Sequence record: SRR22947727_1573
DNA: 64,000 nucleotides
Reading direction: 5' to 3' (one strand)
Shown here in pieces: positions 9,473-21,259 of this stretch. The first letter of the stretch is position 1; each line of letters starts with the position of its first letter. The position numbers and the translations under genes were made by a program. Below the pieces are notes generated by a model. That model was not told the origin of the DNA and ran no database searches. It saw only the letters and a program-made list of their open reading frames with translations.

Positions 9473-11038
9473 ATGACCCAAGATCGTGTATATATTTTCG
9501 ACACCACTTTGCGTGACGGTGAACAAAGCCCCGGCGCAACCATGACCCATTCCGAAAAGCTTGAATTGGCCGAAATGCTTGACGATATGGGCGTGGACAT
9601 CATTGAAGCGGGATTTCCAATCGCCTCGGAAGGCGATTTCAAGGCCGTCAGCGAGATTGCCAAACGCAGCAAAAACGCCATGATCTGCGGCCTTGCCCGT
9701 GCCAATTTCAAGGATATTGATCGCTGTGCCGAAGCTGTGCGCCATGCGGCCCAACCCCGCATTCATACATTCATTGGCACATCGCCCTTGCACCGTGCCA
9801 TTCCCAACCTGACCCAAGATGAAATGGCCGAGCGCATTCACGAAACGGTCACACATGCCCGCAACCTTTGCGACAATGTGCAGTGGTCGCCAATGGATGC
9901 CACCCGCACAGAATATGACTACCTCTGCCGCACCATTGAAATCGCCATCAAGGCCGGCGCAAGCACCATCAACATTCCCGACACGGTCGGCTATACGGCG
10001 CCGCGCGAAAGTGCCGAGCTGATCGGGCGTTTAATTAAAGACGTGCCCGGCGCTACAGAGGTGATTTTCGCCACGCATTGCCACAATGATCTTGGCATGG
10101 CCACCGCCAATTCCTTGGCCGCCGTCGATGCCGGCGCACGTCAAATTGAGTGCACAATCAATGGCTTGGGGGAGCGCGCTGGCAACACGGCACTGGAAGA
10201 GGTCGTGATGGCTATGAAAGTGCGCAACGACATCATGCCCTACCGCACACAGATCGACAGCACAAAAATAATGGCCATTAGCCGCCGCGTGGCCACGGTG
10301 TCCGGCTTTGCGGTGCAGTTTAACAAAGCCATCGTCGGTAAAAATGCCTTTGCTCATGAAAGCGGAATTCACCAGGACGGAATGCTGAAAAATGCCGAGA
10401 CCTTTGAGATTATGCGTCCCGAAGATGTAGGATTGAGCGAAACCAACCTGGTCATGGGCAAACACTCCGGCCGCGCCGCATTGCGCTCCAAGCTCAAAGA
10501 TTTGGGCATTGATTTGGCAGACAATCAATTGAACGACGTCTTTGTGCGCTTCAAAGATCTGGCGGATCGCAAAAAGGAAGTGTTTGACGAAGATCTTCTT
10601 GCCTTGGTTCGGGCAGATACAGCCGACGAGCAATCCGATCACCTCAACCTGAAATCTTTACGCGTGCTCTGCGGCACGCAAGGCCCACAGGAGGCCAGCT
10701 TGGAGTTGTCCATTGATGGGGTTGTGCGCAGCGTTACCGCCACAGGTGACGGTCCAGTGGATGCGACTTTTAACGCGGTCAAAGAGCTCTACCCACATGC
10801 GGCGCGTTTGCAGCTTTATCAAGTGAATGCGGTGACCGAAGGCACCGATGCCCAGGCCACCGTCAGCGTCCGGATGGAGGAAGACGGCAAGATCGCAACC
10901 GGACAATCGGCAGATACCGATACGGTGGTGGCCTCAGCCAAAGCCTATATCAACGCCTTAAACCGCTTGATCGTTCGGCGCGAAAAATCTCGGCCCGGGG
11001 AGGACTTAAAATCGGTTTCTTACAAAGATGCCGGCTGA
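9473..11038 (+). CDS. leuA: 2-isopropylmalate synthase
   Basis: IFDTTLRDGEQSPG, HCHNDLG, NGLGERAGN and AHESGIHQDG motifs; regulatory domain GDGPVDA. Confidence 0.97.
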   Translation: MTQDRVYIFDTTLRDGEQSPGATMTHSEKLELAEMLDDMGVDIIEAGFPIASEGDFKAVSEIAKRSKNAMICGLARANFKDIDRCAEAVRHAAQPRIHTFIGTSPLHRAIPNLTQDEMAERIHETVTHARNLCDNVQWSPMDATRTEYDYLCRTIEIAIKAGASTINIPDTVGYTAPRESAELIGRLIKDVPGATEVIFATHCHNDLGMATANSLAAVDAGARQIECTINGLGERAGNTALEEVVMAMKVRNDIMPYRTQIDSTKIMAISRRVATVSGFAVQFNKAIVGKNAFAHESGIHQDGMLKNAETFEIMRPEDVGLSETNLVMGKHSGRAALRSKLKDLGIDLADNQLNDVFVRFKDLADRKKEVFDEDLLALVRADTADEQSDHLNLKSLRVLCGTQGPQEASLELSIDGVVRSVTATGDGPVDATFNAVKELYPHAARLQLYQVNAVTEGTDAQATVSVRMEEDGKIATGQSADTDTVVASAKAYINALNRLIVRREKSRPGEDLKSVSYKDAG

Positions 11039-11065
11039 TCCCCGCCCATTTCTGTAAATTGATGG

Positions 11066-11092
11066 CTTGTAGGGTGAAAACCACCCTACAAG
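11066..11092. terminator. Perfect 11-bp hairpin after leuA (terminator or REP-like)
   Basis: CTTGTAGGGTG-AAAAC-CACCCTACAAG; no U-tract. Confidence 0.5.
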
Positions 11093-11154
11093 GCCTTGGA
11101 AAGGCGATGCCTAAACCTTATAGATGGGGAACTTCTAGGCCTGAGTTGGCTTAG

Positions 11155-12216
<1,062 letters not shown>

Positions 12217-12246
12217 ACGTTAACCGCTCAACCCTTAGGGGAGCTC

Positions 12247-13131
12247 ATGGCACGGGATCGCAACACGCCAGATCGCTATTCAACGGCCCTTGGTCGGCTG
12301 ATGCTGGGCGCTTTGGTCGTTATGCTGCTTGGGCTCTTCTTGCTGTGGCGCATTGACAGCCCGCGGGTCGAGCGGCTGCGTATGGAAATTACCGATCGCG
12401 TTATTCCCAATTTTTCCGCCATCACGGCCCCGGTGACCGCCGCGGTCAACATCTTGCGCTCAGCCCGCAGTTACACGCGGATCTATCAGCAAAACCAAGA
12501 GCTGCGGCGCGAATTGCAGCAGATGAAGGCCTGGAAAGAAGCGGCGCTCCAACGTGAACAGGAAAACGCACGGCTGCTTGATTTGAACAATGTGCGGCTC
12601 GATCCAAAATTCACAAAAATCACCGGTGTGGTTCTGGCAGACAGCGGCAGCCCCTTCCGCCAAACGGTGTTGCTCAATGTCGGGCGACGCGATGGGATCG
12701 TGGATGGATGGGCGGCCATTGATGGCATCGGCCTGGTGGGCCGTATCGCGGGCGTCGGGGAGCGCACCTCACGGGTGATCTTGCTCACAGACACTTCGAG
12801 CCGGATCGCGGTCTCAATCGAATCCAACGGGCAACGCGCTATGATTGTTGGCGACAACACCAGCCGTCCGCCCTTGGAATTCTTGGAGGCCCCCGAAACC
12901 GTCCGCCCGGGGGATCGTGTCGTGACCTCTGGAGATGGCGGGGTGTTTCCATCAGGCCTCTTTGTCGGCCAGGTCACTCAAACCCAATCGGGACGGCTGC
13001 GCGTGCGATTGGCCGCCGATATGCAAAGGCTCGAATTTCTGCGCGTGGTGCGCCACCAACCACGTGAGCCCATCCCAACCGCCGGTGATCTGGTCGGGGT
13101 ACCGCTCTCTGAGCCGCGGGGGGCGCCATGA
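12247..13131 (+). CDS. mreC: Rod shape-determining protein MreC
   Basis: N-terminal TM, coiled coil, GLVGRI and VVTSGDGGVFPSG; operon position. Confidence 0.93.
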   Translation: MARDRNTPDRYSTALGRLMLGALVVMLLGLFLLWRIDSPRVERLRMEITDRVIPNFSAITAPVTAAVNILRSARSYTRIYQQNQELRRELQQMKAWKEAALQREQENARLLDLNNVRLDPKFTKITGVVLADSGSPFRQTVLLNVGRRDGIVDGWAAIDGIGLVGRIAGVGERTSRVILLTDTSSRIAVSIESNGQRAMIVGDNTSRPPLEFLEAPETVRPGDRVVTSGDGGVFPSGLFVGQVTQTQSGRLRVRLAADMQRLEFLRVVRHQPREPIPTAGDLVGVPLSEPRGAP

Positions 13132-13667
13132 CGCAAGATCCCCCTCTGCGCGTCTTGCGCCTGCAACTGACCTATCTTGCGATAGTTGCGCTGGTGGTTT
13201 TGTTGCAAACCCTCCCGCTGCAAAGCCTGCCCTATCCCTTTGCCCCAGCAGATGTGCCGCTCGCCATCACCTTTGCCTGGATCATGCGGCGCCCCGATGT
13301 CATGAGCCCGATCCTCATCACACTGGCCTTTTTATTTGCAGACGCCATTCTACAAAGGCCGCCTGGCCTATGGACATTGATCGTGCTCTGCGCCTCCATT
13401 TTCTTGCGCATGCGGACCCGTGGTCGGAAGGAAATGCTGTTTCTTTATGAATGGTTCATTGTCTCCTGGGTGATTGGGGTGAGCTTTTTGGTGCATTATT
13501 TCGCCTTAATGTTCTCATTTCTGCCAGTTCCAGATGTGCAACAATATGTCGTCCAAGTGACGCTGAGCATCTTGATCTACCCGATCTGCAAATGGCTCTT
13601 CCGCGCCATGTTGAGCTTTGCCCTGACGCAAACATTGCATCCAAGCGCGTCGAGGGCCGCAAAATGA
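13128..13667 (+). CDS. mreD: Rod shape-determining protein MreD
   Basis: 179-aa membrane protein with RRPD and DAILQRPPGLW; ATGA-coupled between mreC and mrdA. Confidence 0.85.
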   Translation: MTQDPPLRVLRLQLTYLAIVALVVLLQTLPLQSLPYPFAPADVPLAITFAWIMRRPDVMSPILITLAFLFADAILQRPPGLWTLIVLCASIFLRMRTRGRKEMLFLYEWFIVSWVIGVSFLVHYFALMFSFLPVPDVQQYVVQVTLSILIYPICKWLFRAMLSFALTQTLHPSASRAAK

Positions 13668-15616
13668 AATACAATCCCAATGACATCATCAACGCGGCCC
13701 AAAAACTCTCACGGCGCGCCCTTCTTGTCGGCGCCTTGCAGCTTGGCGTCGTGACCGCCCTGGGTGCCCGTATGCGGTTTCTACAGGTTAAAGAAGCCGA
13801 AAAATTCCGGCTTTTGGCAGAAGAAAATCGCATCAATATGCGACTCTTGCCGCCGGCGCGCGGCATCATGTTTGACCGAGATGGGCGGCCGGTTGCCGCC
13901 AATGTACCAAACTATCGGATCTTGCTGGTTCGTGAAGAAACTGAAGATGTCGAACAGGTTTTAACACAATTGCAAAAGCTCATTGCAATCAACCCGAATG
14001 ATCTGGAAAAAGCCCGCAGAGAATTATCCCGCCGCAGCGCCTTTGTACCGGTGACCGTAACCGAGAATCTCTCTTGGAGTGATTTCGCGCGCGTGGCGGC
14101 CAATGCCCCAGCACTCCCGGGGCTCTTAACTGATGTCGGCCTGTCCCGCATTTATCCCCAAAAAGAAAATTTGGCCCATGTGGTCGGCTATGTCGGCCCG
14201 GTGAGTGAGCATTATCTGTCCCGCACAAAGGACCCTGATCCGCTCTTGCAAATCCCCAGGTTTCAGGTCGGCAAGACCGGAGTTGAGGCGCAGATGGAGC
14301 ACGGCCTGCGCGGCTCTGCTGGACACCAACGAATTGAGGTCAATGCAGTCGGACGGGTGATGCGCGAATTGGAACGCACCGAAGGGCAGCCAGGCGCCAC
14401 AGTTAAGCTCACCATCGACAGTAAAATCCAAAACTTTGCCTTGGCGCGGATGGATGGCTTGTCCGCCTCTGCGGTGGTGATTGATTGCGCAACCGGAGAT
14501 CTCTTGGCCGTGGCGTCGAGTCCAAGCTTCGATCCAAATCTCTTTGTTCGCGGCATATCAAGCAAAAATTATGATGCCCTGCGCGATGATATTTTTGGCC
14601 CGCTCAGGGCCAAAGCGGTGCAAGGCACCTATGCGCCCGCCTCAACCTTTAAAATGATCACAGCCCTCGCAGCGCTGGAAGATGGGGTGTTGAGTCCGGA
14701 TGATACGGTTTTTTGCCCCGGGCATTTTGAGATTTCCAACAATCGTTTTCATTGCTGGAAACGGCAAGGTCACGGCGCTTTGAACGTGGAAGACAGTATC
14801 GCGCAGAGCTGCGACGTGTTTTTCTATTCCATCAGCCAAAAAGTTGGTATCGACAAAATTTCCGCCATGGCGCGCCGGTTTGGCTTGGGTGAATATCACG
14901 ATCTGCCGCTCAGTGCCATCAGCCGCGGCGTGGCGCCAACGCGGGCTTGGAAACAAAAATCTTTCGATAAAGCCTGGCTGATCGGCGATACGGTCAATGC
15001 CTCAATCGGGCAAGGCTATGTATTGGCCTCGCCGCTGCAATTGGCAATCATGGCGGCACGATTGGGAACGGGGCGGGCCGTTCAACCCAGATTGCTGCAA
15101 TCCATCGATGACACGGCAATGCCCTTGGGGACCGGCGCTCCTTTGGATGTGGATCCTGCGCATTTAAAAGTGGTGCAACGGGCAATGTTTGCGGTCACTA
15201 ACACCAAAAAGGGCACAGCCTATAGCAAGCGCATTGTCAGCCCCGACCTCCAAATGGCTGGCAAGACCGGCACAGCCCAGGTGCGGCGCATCACGGCAGA
15301 GGAGCGGCTGACCGGGGTGATCAGCAATGAAGATCTGCCCTGGGAAAAACGCGATCATGCGCTCTTTGTCAACTATGCCCCCCATGACAATCCCAAAGTT
15401 GCCGTTGCGGTTGTGGTGGAACACGGAGGTGGCGGCAGCTCCACAGCCGCCCCAATCGCTCGGGACATCACACTGTTTGCCTTGACCGGACAAATGCCCG
15501 AGCTGAGCCACTACCCGTCGGGCGTCAAAGCGCAGATCAAAGAAGAGCAAGAGGAGTTGGCGCCAAAACTTTTCGATTGGAGCACGCTGGAGCGAAAAGG
15601 ACAGGTGCAAACATGA
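13664..15616 (+). CDS. mrdA: Penicillin-binding protein 2
   Basis: PARGIMFDR, SxxK (STFK), SxD (SCD) and KTG motifs; start reassigned to ATG 13664 overlapping the mreD stop. Confidence 0.95.
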   Translation: MKYNPNDIINAAQKLSRRALLVGALQLGVVTALGARMRFLQVKEAEKFRLLAEENRINMRLLPPARGIMFDRDGRPVAANVPNYRILLVREETEDVEQVLTQLQKLIAINPNDLEKARRELSRRSAFVPVTVTENLSWSDFARVAANAPALPGLLTDVGLSRIYPQKENLAHVVGYVGPVSEHYLSRTKDPDPLLQIPRFQVGKTGVEAQMEHGLRGSAGHQRIEVNAVGRVMRELERTEGQPGATVKLTIDSKIQNFALARMDGLSASAVVIDCATGDLLAVASSPSFDPNLFVRGISSKNYDALRDDIFGPLRAKAVQGTYAPASTFKMITALAALEDGVLSPDDTVFCPGHFEISNNRFHCWKRQGHGALNVEDSIAQSCDVFFYSISQKVGIDKISAMARRFGLGEYHDLPLSAISRGVAPTRAWKQKSFDKAWLIGDTVNASIGQGYVLASPLQLAIMAARLGTGRAVQPRLLQSIDDTAMPLGTGAPLDVDPAHLKVVQRAMFAVTNTKKGTAYSKRIVSPDLQMAGKTGTAQVRRITAEERLTGVISNEDLPWEKRDHALFVNYAPHDNPKVAVAVVVEHGGGGSSTAAPIARDITLFALTGQMPELSHYPSGVKAQIKEEQEELAPKLFDWSTLERKGQVQT

Positions 15617-16764
15617 GCTATCTTGAGCACAATCTGGCCGCAGTGCCCGTCGGTTTTCGCAAAATCCTGGCGCTCAATTGGCCAATTCTGATCTTACTCA
15701 CCGCAATTTCTGGCGTGGGGTTTATCATGCTCTACTCGGTTGCTGGCGGTCAAATTGACCGCTGGGCCCAACCTCAGATGCTGCGTTTTTTCTTGGGCAT
15801 GACCGGGCTTTTTGTGGTGGCTATGGTGCCGATTTGGTTTTGGCGCAACATGTCTTTCCCCGCCTATTGCCTGGCGATCCTATTGCTCATCGCTGTAGAA
15901 TTCGTCGGCACAACGGGCATGGGGGCCCAAAGATGGATCGATCTTGGCTTTATCCGCCTGCAACCCTCCGAGGTGATGAAAATCGCTCTGGTGCTGGTGC
16001 TGGCCGCCTATTACGATTGGTTGCCCCGCGAACAGATTTCGCGCCCATTTTGGGTCTTGCTGCCAGCGCTGTTGATTTTAATCCCGGTGTTCTTAGTTCT
16101 CAGACAACCCGATCTTGGCACCTCATTGCTGTTGATCATGGGCGGCGGCGCGATCATGTTTTTGGCCGGGGTGCATTGGGCCTATTTCGCAACGATCATT
16201 GGCAGTGGCATTGGCCTTGTTGTGGCCGTATTTCAAACCCGCGGCACAGGGTGGCAATTGCTCAAAGACTATCAATACAGCCGGATTGACACGTTCCTCA
16301 ATCCAGATCGGGACCCATTGGGCGCAGGCTATCATATCACCCAGGCGAAAATCGCTCTCGGCTCAGGAGGTTGGACGGGGCGCGGCTTGATGCAGGGTAC
16401 CCAATCGCGGCTCAACTTTTTGCCCGAAAAACACACGGATTTCATCTTTACCACCCTATCCGAAGAATTCGGGTTCATCGGTTCCATCTCGCTTTTGGGT
16501 CTCTACACTTTGGTGGTTCTGGCCTGCATTGCCTCGGCCCTGAGCAATAAGGACCGCTTCTCCGCCCTATTGACCCTCGGCATTGGCATTACCTTCTTCT
16601 TGTTCTTTGCGGTGAATATGGCCATGGTCATGGGGCTGGCGCCCGTTGTCGGTGTGCCCTTACCGTTGGTGAGCTATGGCGGCTCTGCTATGCTTATTTT
16701 GCTGCTCGGCTTTGGCTTGATGCAAAGCGCCCATGTTCACCGTCCAAGGCCAAAATTCAAATGA
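15613..16764 (+). CDS. rodA: Rod shape-determining protein RodA (SEDS family)
   Basis: GAQRWI, LQPSE, QPDLGT, PEKHTDFIF and PLVSYGGS motifs. Confidence 0.95.
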   Translation: MSYLEHNLAAVPVGFRKILALNWPILILLTAISGVGFIMLYSVAGGQIDRWAQPQMLRFFLGMTGLFVVAMVPIWFWRNMSFPAYCLAILLLIAVEFVGTTGMGAQRWIDLGFIRLQPSEVMKIALVLVLAAYYDWLPREQISRPFWVLLPALLILIPVFLVLRQPDLGTSLLLIMGGGAIMFLAGVHWAYFATIIGSGIGLVVAVFQTRGTGWQLLKDYQYSRIDTFLNPDRDPLGAGYHITQAKIALGSGGWTGRGLMQGTQSRLNFLPEKHTDFIFTTLSEEFGFIGSISLLGLYTLVVLACIASALSNKDRFSALLTLGIGITFFLFFAVNMAMVMGLAPVVGVPLPLVSYGGSAMLILLLGFGLMQSAHVHRPRPKFK

Positions 16765-17690
16765 TAAATATCCTATTCGCCGCCCGCCCAGAGCAGTTTG
16801 AACTCTATGAAGCGCCACTGCTCCAGGGTCTGGCGCAGCGGGGGATCCATGCAAATGTGACAACAGACTGTCCGCCAGCCGATGTAGATTATGTGGTTTA
16901 CGCACCCAGCAGCACGCTACAAGATTTCACCCCCTATACCCGCTGCAAAGCGGTGCTGAGCCTCTGGGCGGGCGTGGAGAAAATTGTTGGCAATGCCAGC
17001 CTGACGCAGCCCCTATGCCGCATGGTCGACAGCGGCCTGCGCGATGGCATGGTGGAATGGGTCGTGGGCCATACGCTGCGGTACCATCTGGGGATGGACC
17101 AGCATATCGTCAATCCAGATCATATTTGGCGCGAAAGCCACCCGCCCCTGGCACAGGATCGCCCGGTCACCATTCTAGGCTTGGGCGCCTTGGGCCAGGC
17201 CTGTGCTGCCGCATTAACCGCACTTAATTTTCCCGTGAGCGGCTGGTCTCGCGGGCCAAAGCAAATAGACGGTCTGACCTGCCACCATGGCCCGGATGGG
17301 CTCAAACCCGCGTTGCAGAACGCGGAAATTCTGATTTTGCTTTTGCCAGATACCCCAGAGACCGAACATGTGATCAACGCCCAAACCCTCACACAGATGC
17401 CGCGTGGCTCTACGATCATAAACCCCGGTCGCGGGCCGTTGATTGAGGACAAAGCCCTCTTGGCAGCACTTAAGGAAGGGCAGATTTCAGCGGCTTGTTT
17501 GGATGTATTTCGCGTGGAACCTTTGCCGCAAAATCATCCCTATTGGCACCTCCCAAATGTCACGGTCACACCGCATATCGCCTCCGGCACCCGCCCGACC
17601 ACAGCCGCTGAAGTCTTGGTGGAAAACATTGCACGCGGAGAAACAGGCGCCCCGTTTGTGCATTTGGTCGACCGCACAGCCGGCTATTGA
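16761..17690 (+). CDS. ghrA: Glyoxylate/hydroxypyruvate reductase A-like D-2-hydroxyacid dehydrogenase
   Basis: ILGLGALG, INPGRG, LDVFRVEPLP and VTPHIA motifs. Confidence 0.85.
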   Translation: MINILFAARPEQFELYEAPLLQGLAQRGIHANVTTDCPPADVDYVVYAPSSTLQDFTPYTRCKAVLSLWAGVEKIVGNASLTQPLCRMVDSGLRDGMVEWVVGHTLRYHLGMDQHIVNPDHIWRESHPPLAQDRPVTILGLGALGQACAAALTALNFPVSGWSRGPKQIDGLTCHHGPDGLKPALQNAEILILLLPDTPETEHVINAQTLTQMPRGSTIINPGRGPLIEDKALLAALKEGQISAACLDVFRVEPLPQNHPYWHLPNVTVTPHIASGTRPTTAAEVLVENIARGETGAPFVHLVDRTAGY

Positions 17691-17699
17691 GCCGCCTCA

Positions 17700-18476
17700 T
17701 TATCGCAAGATTGGTGGTTGACCAGGCGTGCTGCCCGGCGCGGGGCGTTCGGGCGCAGCTTCGGGTATTGGCAAATCAAAGCGCAAGCCGGTTTTCACAA
17801 AGCGCGCGACCATCGGATGATCCGGCAAGAGATAAGACACATCCCAAGGCGCCCCATCCAATTGGGAAAATTGTAAGTATTCTTGTATCAATTTCGCCAA
17901 GTCAGCCTGGGCTGCGGGAAATTCTCCTACAAAGCAAATGAGGGGATTTTGCACCCCAGCCCCATCGCGGGCTTGCACCAAACAGGCAAATTCCGCCAAG
18001 CCCTGGGCGGCAGTAAGTTTGACCGAAAGCGCCTCAAGCGCCTTGGGCGGCAGTGCAGGCGGCGGGCCGATTTCGGCAATCTGCTGGGCCATTTCATCGG
18101 GCCGTTCATCCAAAGAACGCGCCAGCCAATCGAGCGTCGCGCGTTCAAACACATATCCAATAGCCGAAGACCCAGGATTGAGCACGATACCGCTGTCCTG
18201 CCCGACCAACATTTGCACCAATGCCCGGCCGGACACTGAAAGGTAATCGGCAGAGCCACCCACCGCCTCAGCCAGACGCAATTCCGTATCAAAGATCGCG
18301 ACATAGCTTTGCCCGTCCCGTTCGACGGTTTTGGGCGTTACATTTTCATCGGATGCTTCGGCCTCGAGCGCCAAAAACACCTCTGCATCACAGAGGCGTT
18401 CCAGCACCGCAGAAAAGCGCGCGGGATCTTCCGGCGCGGCTTGGAGCATGACAATCGTGCGTTCAAGCGGGGTCAT
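17700..18476 (-). CDS. SseB family protein
   Basis: AIFDTELRLA and GIVLNPG patterns, Pro-rich PPILR tail; start reassigned to ATG 18476. Confidence 0.75.
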   Translation of the reverse strand: MTPLERTIVMLQAAPEDPARFSAVLERLCDAEVFLALEAEASDENVTPKTVERDGQSYVAIFDTELRLAEAVGGSADYLSVSGRALVQMLVGQDSGIVLNPGSSAIGYVFERATLDWLARSLDERPDEMAQQIAEIGPPPALPPKALEALSVKLTAAQGLAEFACLVQARDGAGVQNPLICFVGEFPAAQADLAKLIQEYLQFSQLDGAPWDVSYLLPDHPMVARFVKTGLRFDLPIPEAAPERPAPGSTPGQPPILR

Positions 18477-19083
18477 CGGCCATCTTTCTGATCTGGCCAA
18501 TCCGCGCCTGGAGCGCCGCAATGAGCTCAGTTTCAAACCAAGGGTTACGTTTGATCCATGCAGTATTACGCCATGAGGGATGCGGCAACACAAAGCTGTT
18601 CTCACCATAGGCGCGCCAATTGCGCAACCGGTCATTGACCCGCAGCCCGTCGCGCAAATGCCAGGCCTGCGCATAGCTGCCGATCAGCAAGGTCAGGGAA
18701 ATTTGCGGCAGTGCCTTCAAGGCCCGGTCACGCCAAGTTTTGGCGCAGATGGCCGGCGGCGCAAGGTCGTGACCGGCGGCATTATAACCCGGAAAACAAA
18801 ACGCCATGGGCAGGATGGCGCAGAGGTTTTGATCAAAAAACTCCGCGTCACTCAGGCCCATCCACTGACGTAAGCGCTGACCCGAGCGGTCATCGAATGG
18901 TCGACCGGAGTGATGAACCCGCAGCCCAGGCGCTTGACCGGCGATCAATATTTTCGCCTCTGGCGCCGCCCAGACCACCGGCCGAGGCTCATGCGCCAAA
19001 ACCCCTTGGGAAAAACGGGTTTCACACAGGCGGCACTGCGCAATTTGCGAAAAAACTTCTCCATTGTGGTTGCTGGCCCGCAT
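18463..19083 (-). CDS. Uracil-DNA glycosylase family protein
   Basis: CRLC, IAGQAPG, FCFPG and LPHPSWRN motifs. Confidence 0.88.
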   Translation of the reverse strand: MRASNHNGEVFSQIAQCRLCETRFSQGVLAHEPRPVVWAAPEAKILIAGQAPGLRVHHSGRPFDDRSGQRLRQWMGLSDAEFFDQNLCAILPMAFCFPGYNAAGHDLAPPAICAKTWRDRALKALPQISLTLLIGSYAQAWHLRDGLRVNDRLRNWRAYGENSFVLPHPSWRNTAWIKRNPWFETELIAALQARIGQIRKMADDPA

Positions 19084-19129
19084 CGGGTAAACTATCTCCA
19101 ATCACACGCAATCAGTGGAGCGCTCATTA

Positions 19130-20428
19130 ATGTACCGTGTCTGGAATTTTATCGCAAACTATTCAATCTTATTAATTTCCGGAGCTCTCATCGCGCTGAT
19201 TTGGGCGAATATAAATCCAAGCAGCTATCATCATTTTGTAGAGTTTCCACTTTGGTTCAATGATCATGTAGGCCTAGACTATAGCTATTGGGCCAAGAGC
19301 TTTGGCACAGGCTATGCAGAATTTGGCGGCGCTGGCAGTCTCAAAGTTTTGAGCCTGCACTATCTGGTGAATGATATGCTCATGGCGTTCTTTTTTGCCA
19401 TTGCCGCAAAGGAAGTTTGGGAAGCTGTCATCCTAAAGAATGGCTCATTGCGCGGGAAAAAAGCGGCAACACCCCTCTTCGCCACCTTAGGCGGCATGTT
19501 GGGGCCGGTCTCGGTCTACCTCGTGTTGGCAGCCTTTATGGGATCAGATACCTATGATGCCGTGGCCAATGGCTGGGCCATCCCGACGGCAACAGACATC
19601 GCTTTTTCCTACTTGGTGGGGCGGTTGGTCTTTGGTGCAGGACACCCGGCGGTGCGCTTTTTGCTCCTTCTGGCCATCGCTGATGATGCCGCTGGGCTGA
19701 TAATTTTGGCGGTATTTTATCCGCAAGGAGATCTGGCACCGATTTGGCTCATGCTTTCAGTTGGCGCGGCTGTGGCGGTTTATCTGCTGTTTAACGTATT
19801 GCCGCGCCGTTTGGATATAGGCAAGCAACTGAGGCCCGCCTCGACCTGGGTGCGCAACACGCTCAGCTTTTGGCCCTATCTATTGGCAGCTGGCCTGTCT
19901 TGGTATGGCTTTATGCGCGCGGGCTTGCATCCCTCTCTTGGTCTCCTACCCATCGTTCCGGCTATCCCTCATGCAGACCGCGCCTTCGGTATTTTCTCCG
20001 AAGCCGAGCAATACCTGACAGACCTTTTAAACCACTGCGAACATCTGCTGAAACACCCGGTTGAAGTGGTGCTGTTCTTTTTCGGGCTGCTGAATGCCGG
20101 TGTTGAATTTGGCGCCATGGGGGCGGCGACATGGTTGGTTTTGGCCGGTCTATTGATTGGAAAACCGTTCGGTGTATTGCTCTTTGGTTGGCTGGGTGCG
20201 CGGGTGTTCCGTCTGGGTCTGCCCGATGGAATGCGGATCATCGATCTGTTTGTCATCGGCTGTATCGCGGCCATCGGCTTCACCGTGGCGCTGTTCATAG
20301 CGGTTGTGGCCTTCGAACCCGGATCCGTACAGGACGCCGCGAAAATGGGCGCGCTGTTTTCTTTTGCAGCAGCTGGTATTTCGCTGGTGGTCGGTAAGTT
20401 AACAAAAGTTGAGCGCAAAGACCTATAG
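19130..20428 (+). CDS. nhaA: Na+/H+ antiporter NhaA family
   Basis: VNDMLMAFFF, GWAIPTATDIAF, LAIADD, GKPFG and IGFTVALFI motifs. Confidence 0.9.
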   Translation: MYRVWNFIANYSILLISGALIALIWANINPSSYHHFVEFPLWFNDHVGLDYSYWAKSFGTGYAEFGGAGSLKVLSLHYLVNDMLMAFFFAIAAKEVWEAVILKNGSLRGKKAATPLFATLGGMLGPVSVYLVLAAFMGSDTYDAVANGWAIPTATDIAFSYLVGRLVFGAGHPAVRFLLLLAIADDAAGLIILAVFYPQGDLAPIWLMLSVGAAVAVYLLFNVLPRRLDIGKQLRPASTWVRNTLSFWPYLLAAGLSWYGFMRAGLHPSLGLLPIVPAIPHADRAFGIFSEAEQYLTDLLNHCEHLLKHPVEVVLFFFGLLNAGVEFGAMGAATWLVLAGLLIGKPFGVLLFGWLGARVFRLGLPDGMRIIDLFVIGCIAAIGFTVALFIAVVAFEPGSVQDAAKMGALFSFAAAGISLVVGKLTKVERKDL

Positions 20429-20446
20429 GCGCGACCAAGATAGCCG

Positions 20447-20483
20447 GGCGTCCCAAAGCCAATTTGGCAGCTTTGGGGCGTCT
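20447..20483 (+). terminator. Hairpin after nhaA
   Basis: GCGTCCCAAAGC...GCTTTGGGGCGT stem; weak U-tract. Confidence 0.45.
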
Positions 20484-20599
20484 GCGACAAAAGACGTTAT
20501 GTTTATCAATTCACCTGATATACTCTTAAAAAATACATATTGATTCCTTCTTAATTTTATTGAGTTACGTTAATTTCACGAAAAAATTGGACAGAGCTG

Positions 20600-21259
20600 A
20601 TGCTCGAATTCTCTAATGTAAGCAAATCTTTTTGGACTGGAACCCAACGCAAAGTCATTTTGGACAATGCGTCTTTCCGTGTGGAATTGGGCACATCCTT
20701 AGGAATTTTAGCCCCGAACGGCACTGGAAAAACCACGTTGATCAATATGATGGCGGGGCTGGAAAAGCCTGACGAAGGGCGCATTATTCGGGGCTGCAAT
20801 ATCTCCTTTCATCTCGGCTTCATGGGCGGGACATCGCCGCGCCATACGGCCAAGGAAAATGCCCGCTATATTGCACGGCTCTACAGCCTCGACCCCGATT
20901 ATATTGAGGCCTTCTGTCGCTGGCTGGTGGATATTGATGAATATTTCGACATGCCTATGGCGACCTATTCCTCTGGTATGAATTCCCGGTTCAACTTCGC
21001 CCTCATGCTGGCTTTGGAGTTTGACATGTATTTGATCGATGAGGGCATGCCCAGTTCGACAGATGTTGAGTTCAACAAAAAAGCGGGTGATTTGTTGCAG
21101 GAACGGATCGATCGCACGACCATTGTGATCGTCACTCACCAGCCAGAAACCCTAGAACAATTCGCAACCCAAGCTGCCGTTTTACGCGATGGGCAATTTA
21201 TCCAGTTTGACACTTTGGAAGAGGCGAAACAGGTCTATGACTTCGAAACTCAGAGCTAA
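20600..21259 (+). CDS. kpsT: Capsular polysaccharide export ABC ATPase (KpsT-like)
   Basis: APNGTGKTT Walker A, YSSGM signature, YLIDE Walker B; adjacent to the kpsE-like gene. Confidence 0.85.
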   Translation: MLEFSNVSKSFWTGTQRKVILDNASFRVELGTSLGILAPNGTGKTTLINMMAGLEKPDEGRIIRGCNISFHLGFMGGTSPRHTAKENARYIARLYSLDPDYIEAFCRWLVDIDEYFDMPMATYSSGMNSRFNFALMLALEFDMYLIDEGMPSSTDVEFNKKAGDLLQERIDRTTIVIVTHQPETLEQFATQAAVLRDGQFIQFDTLEEAKQVYDFETQS

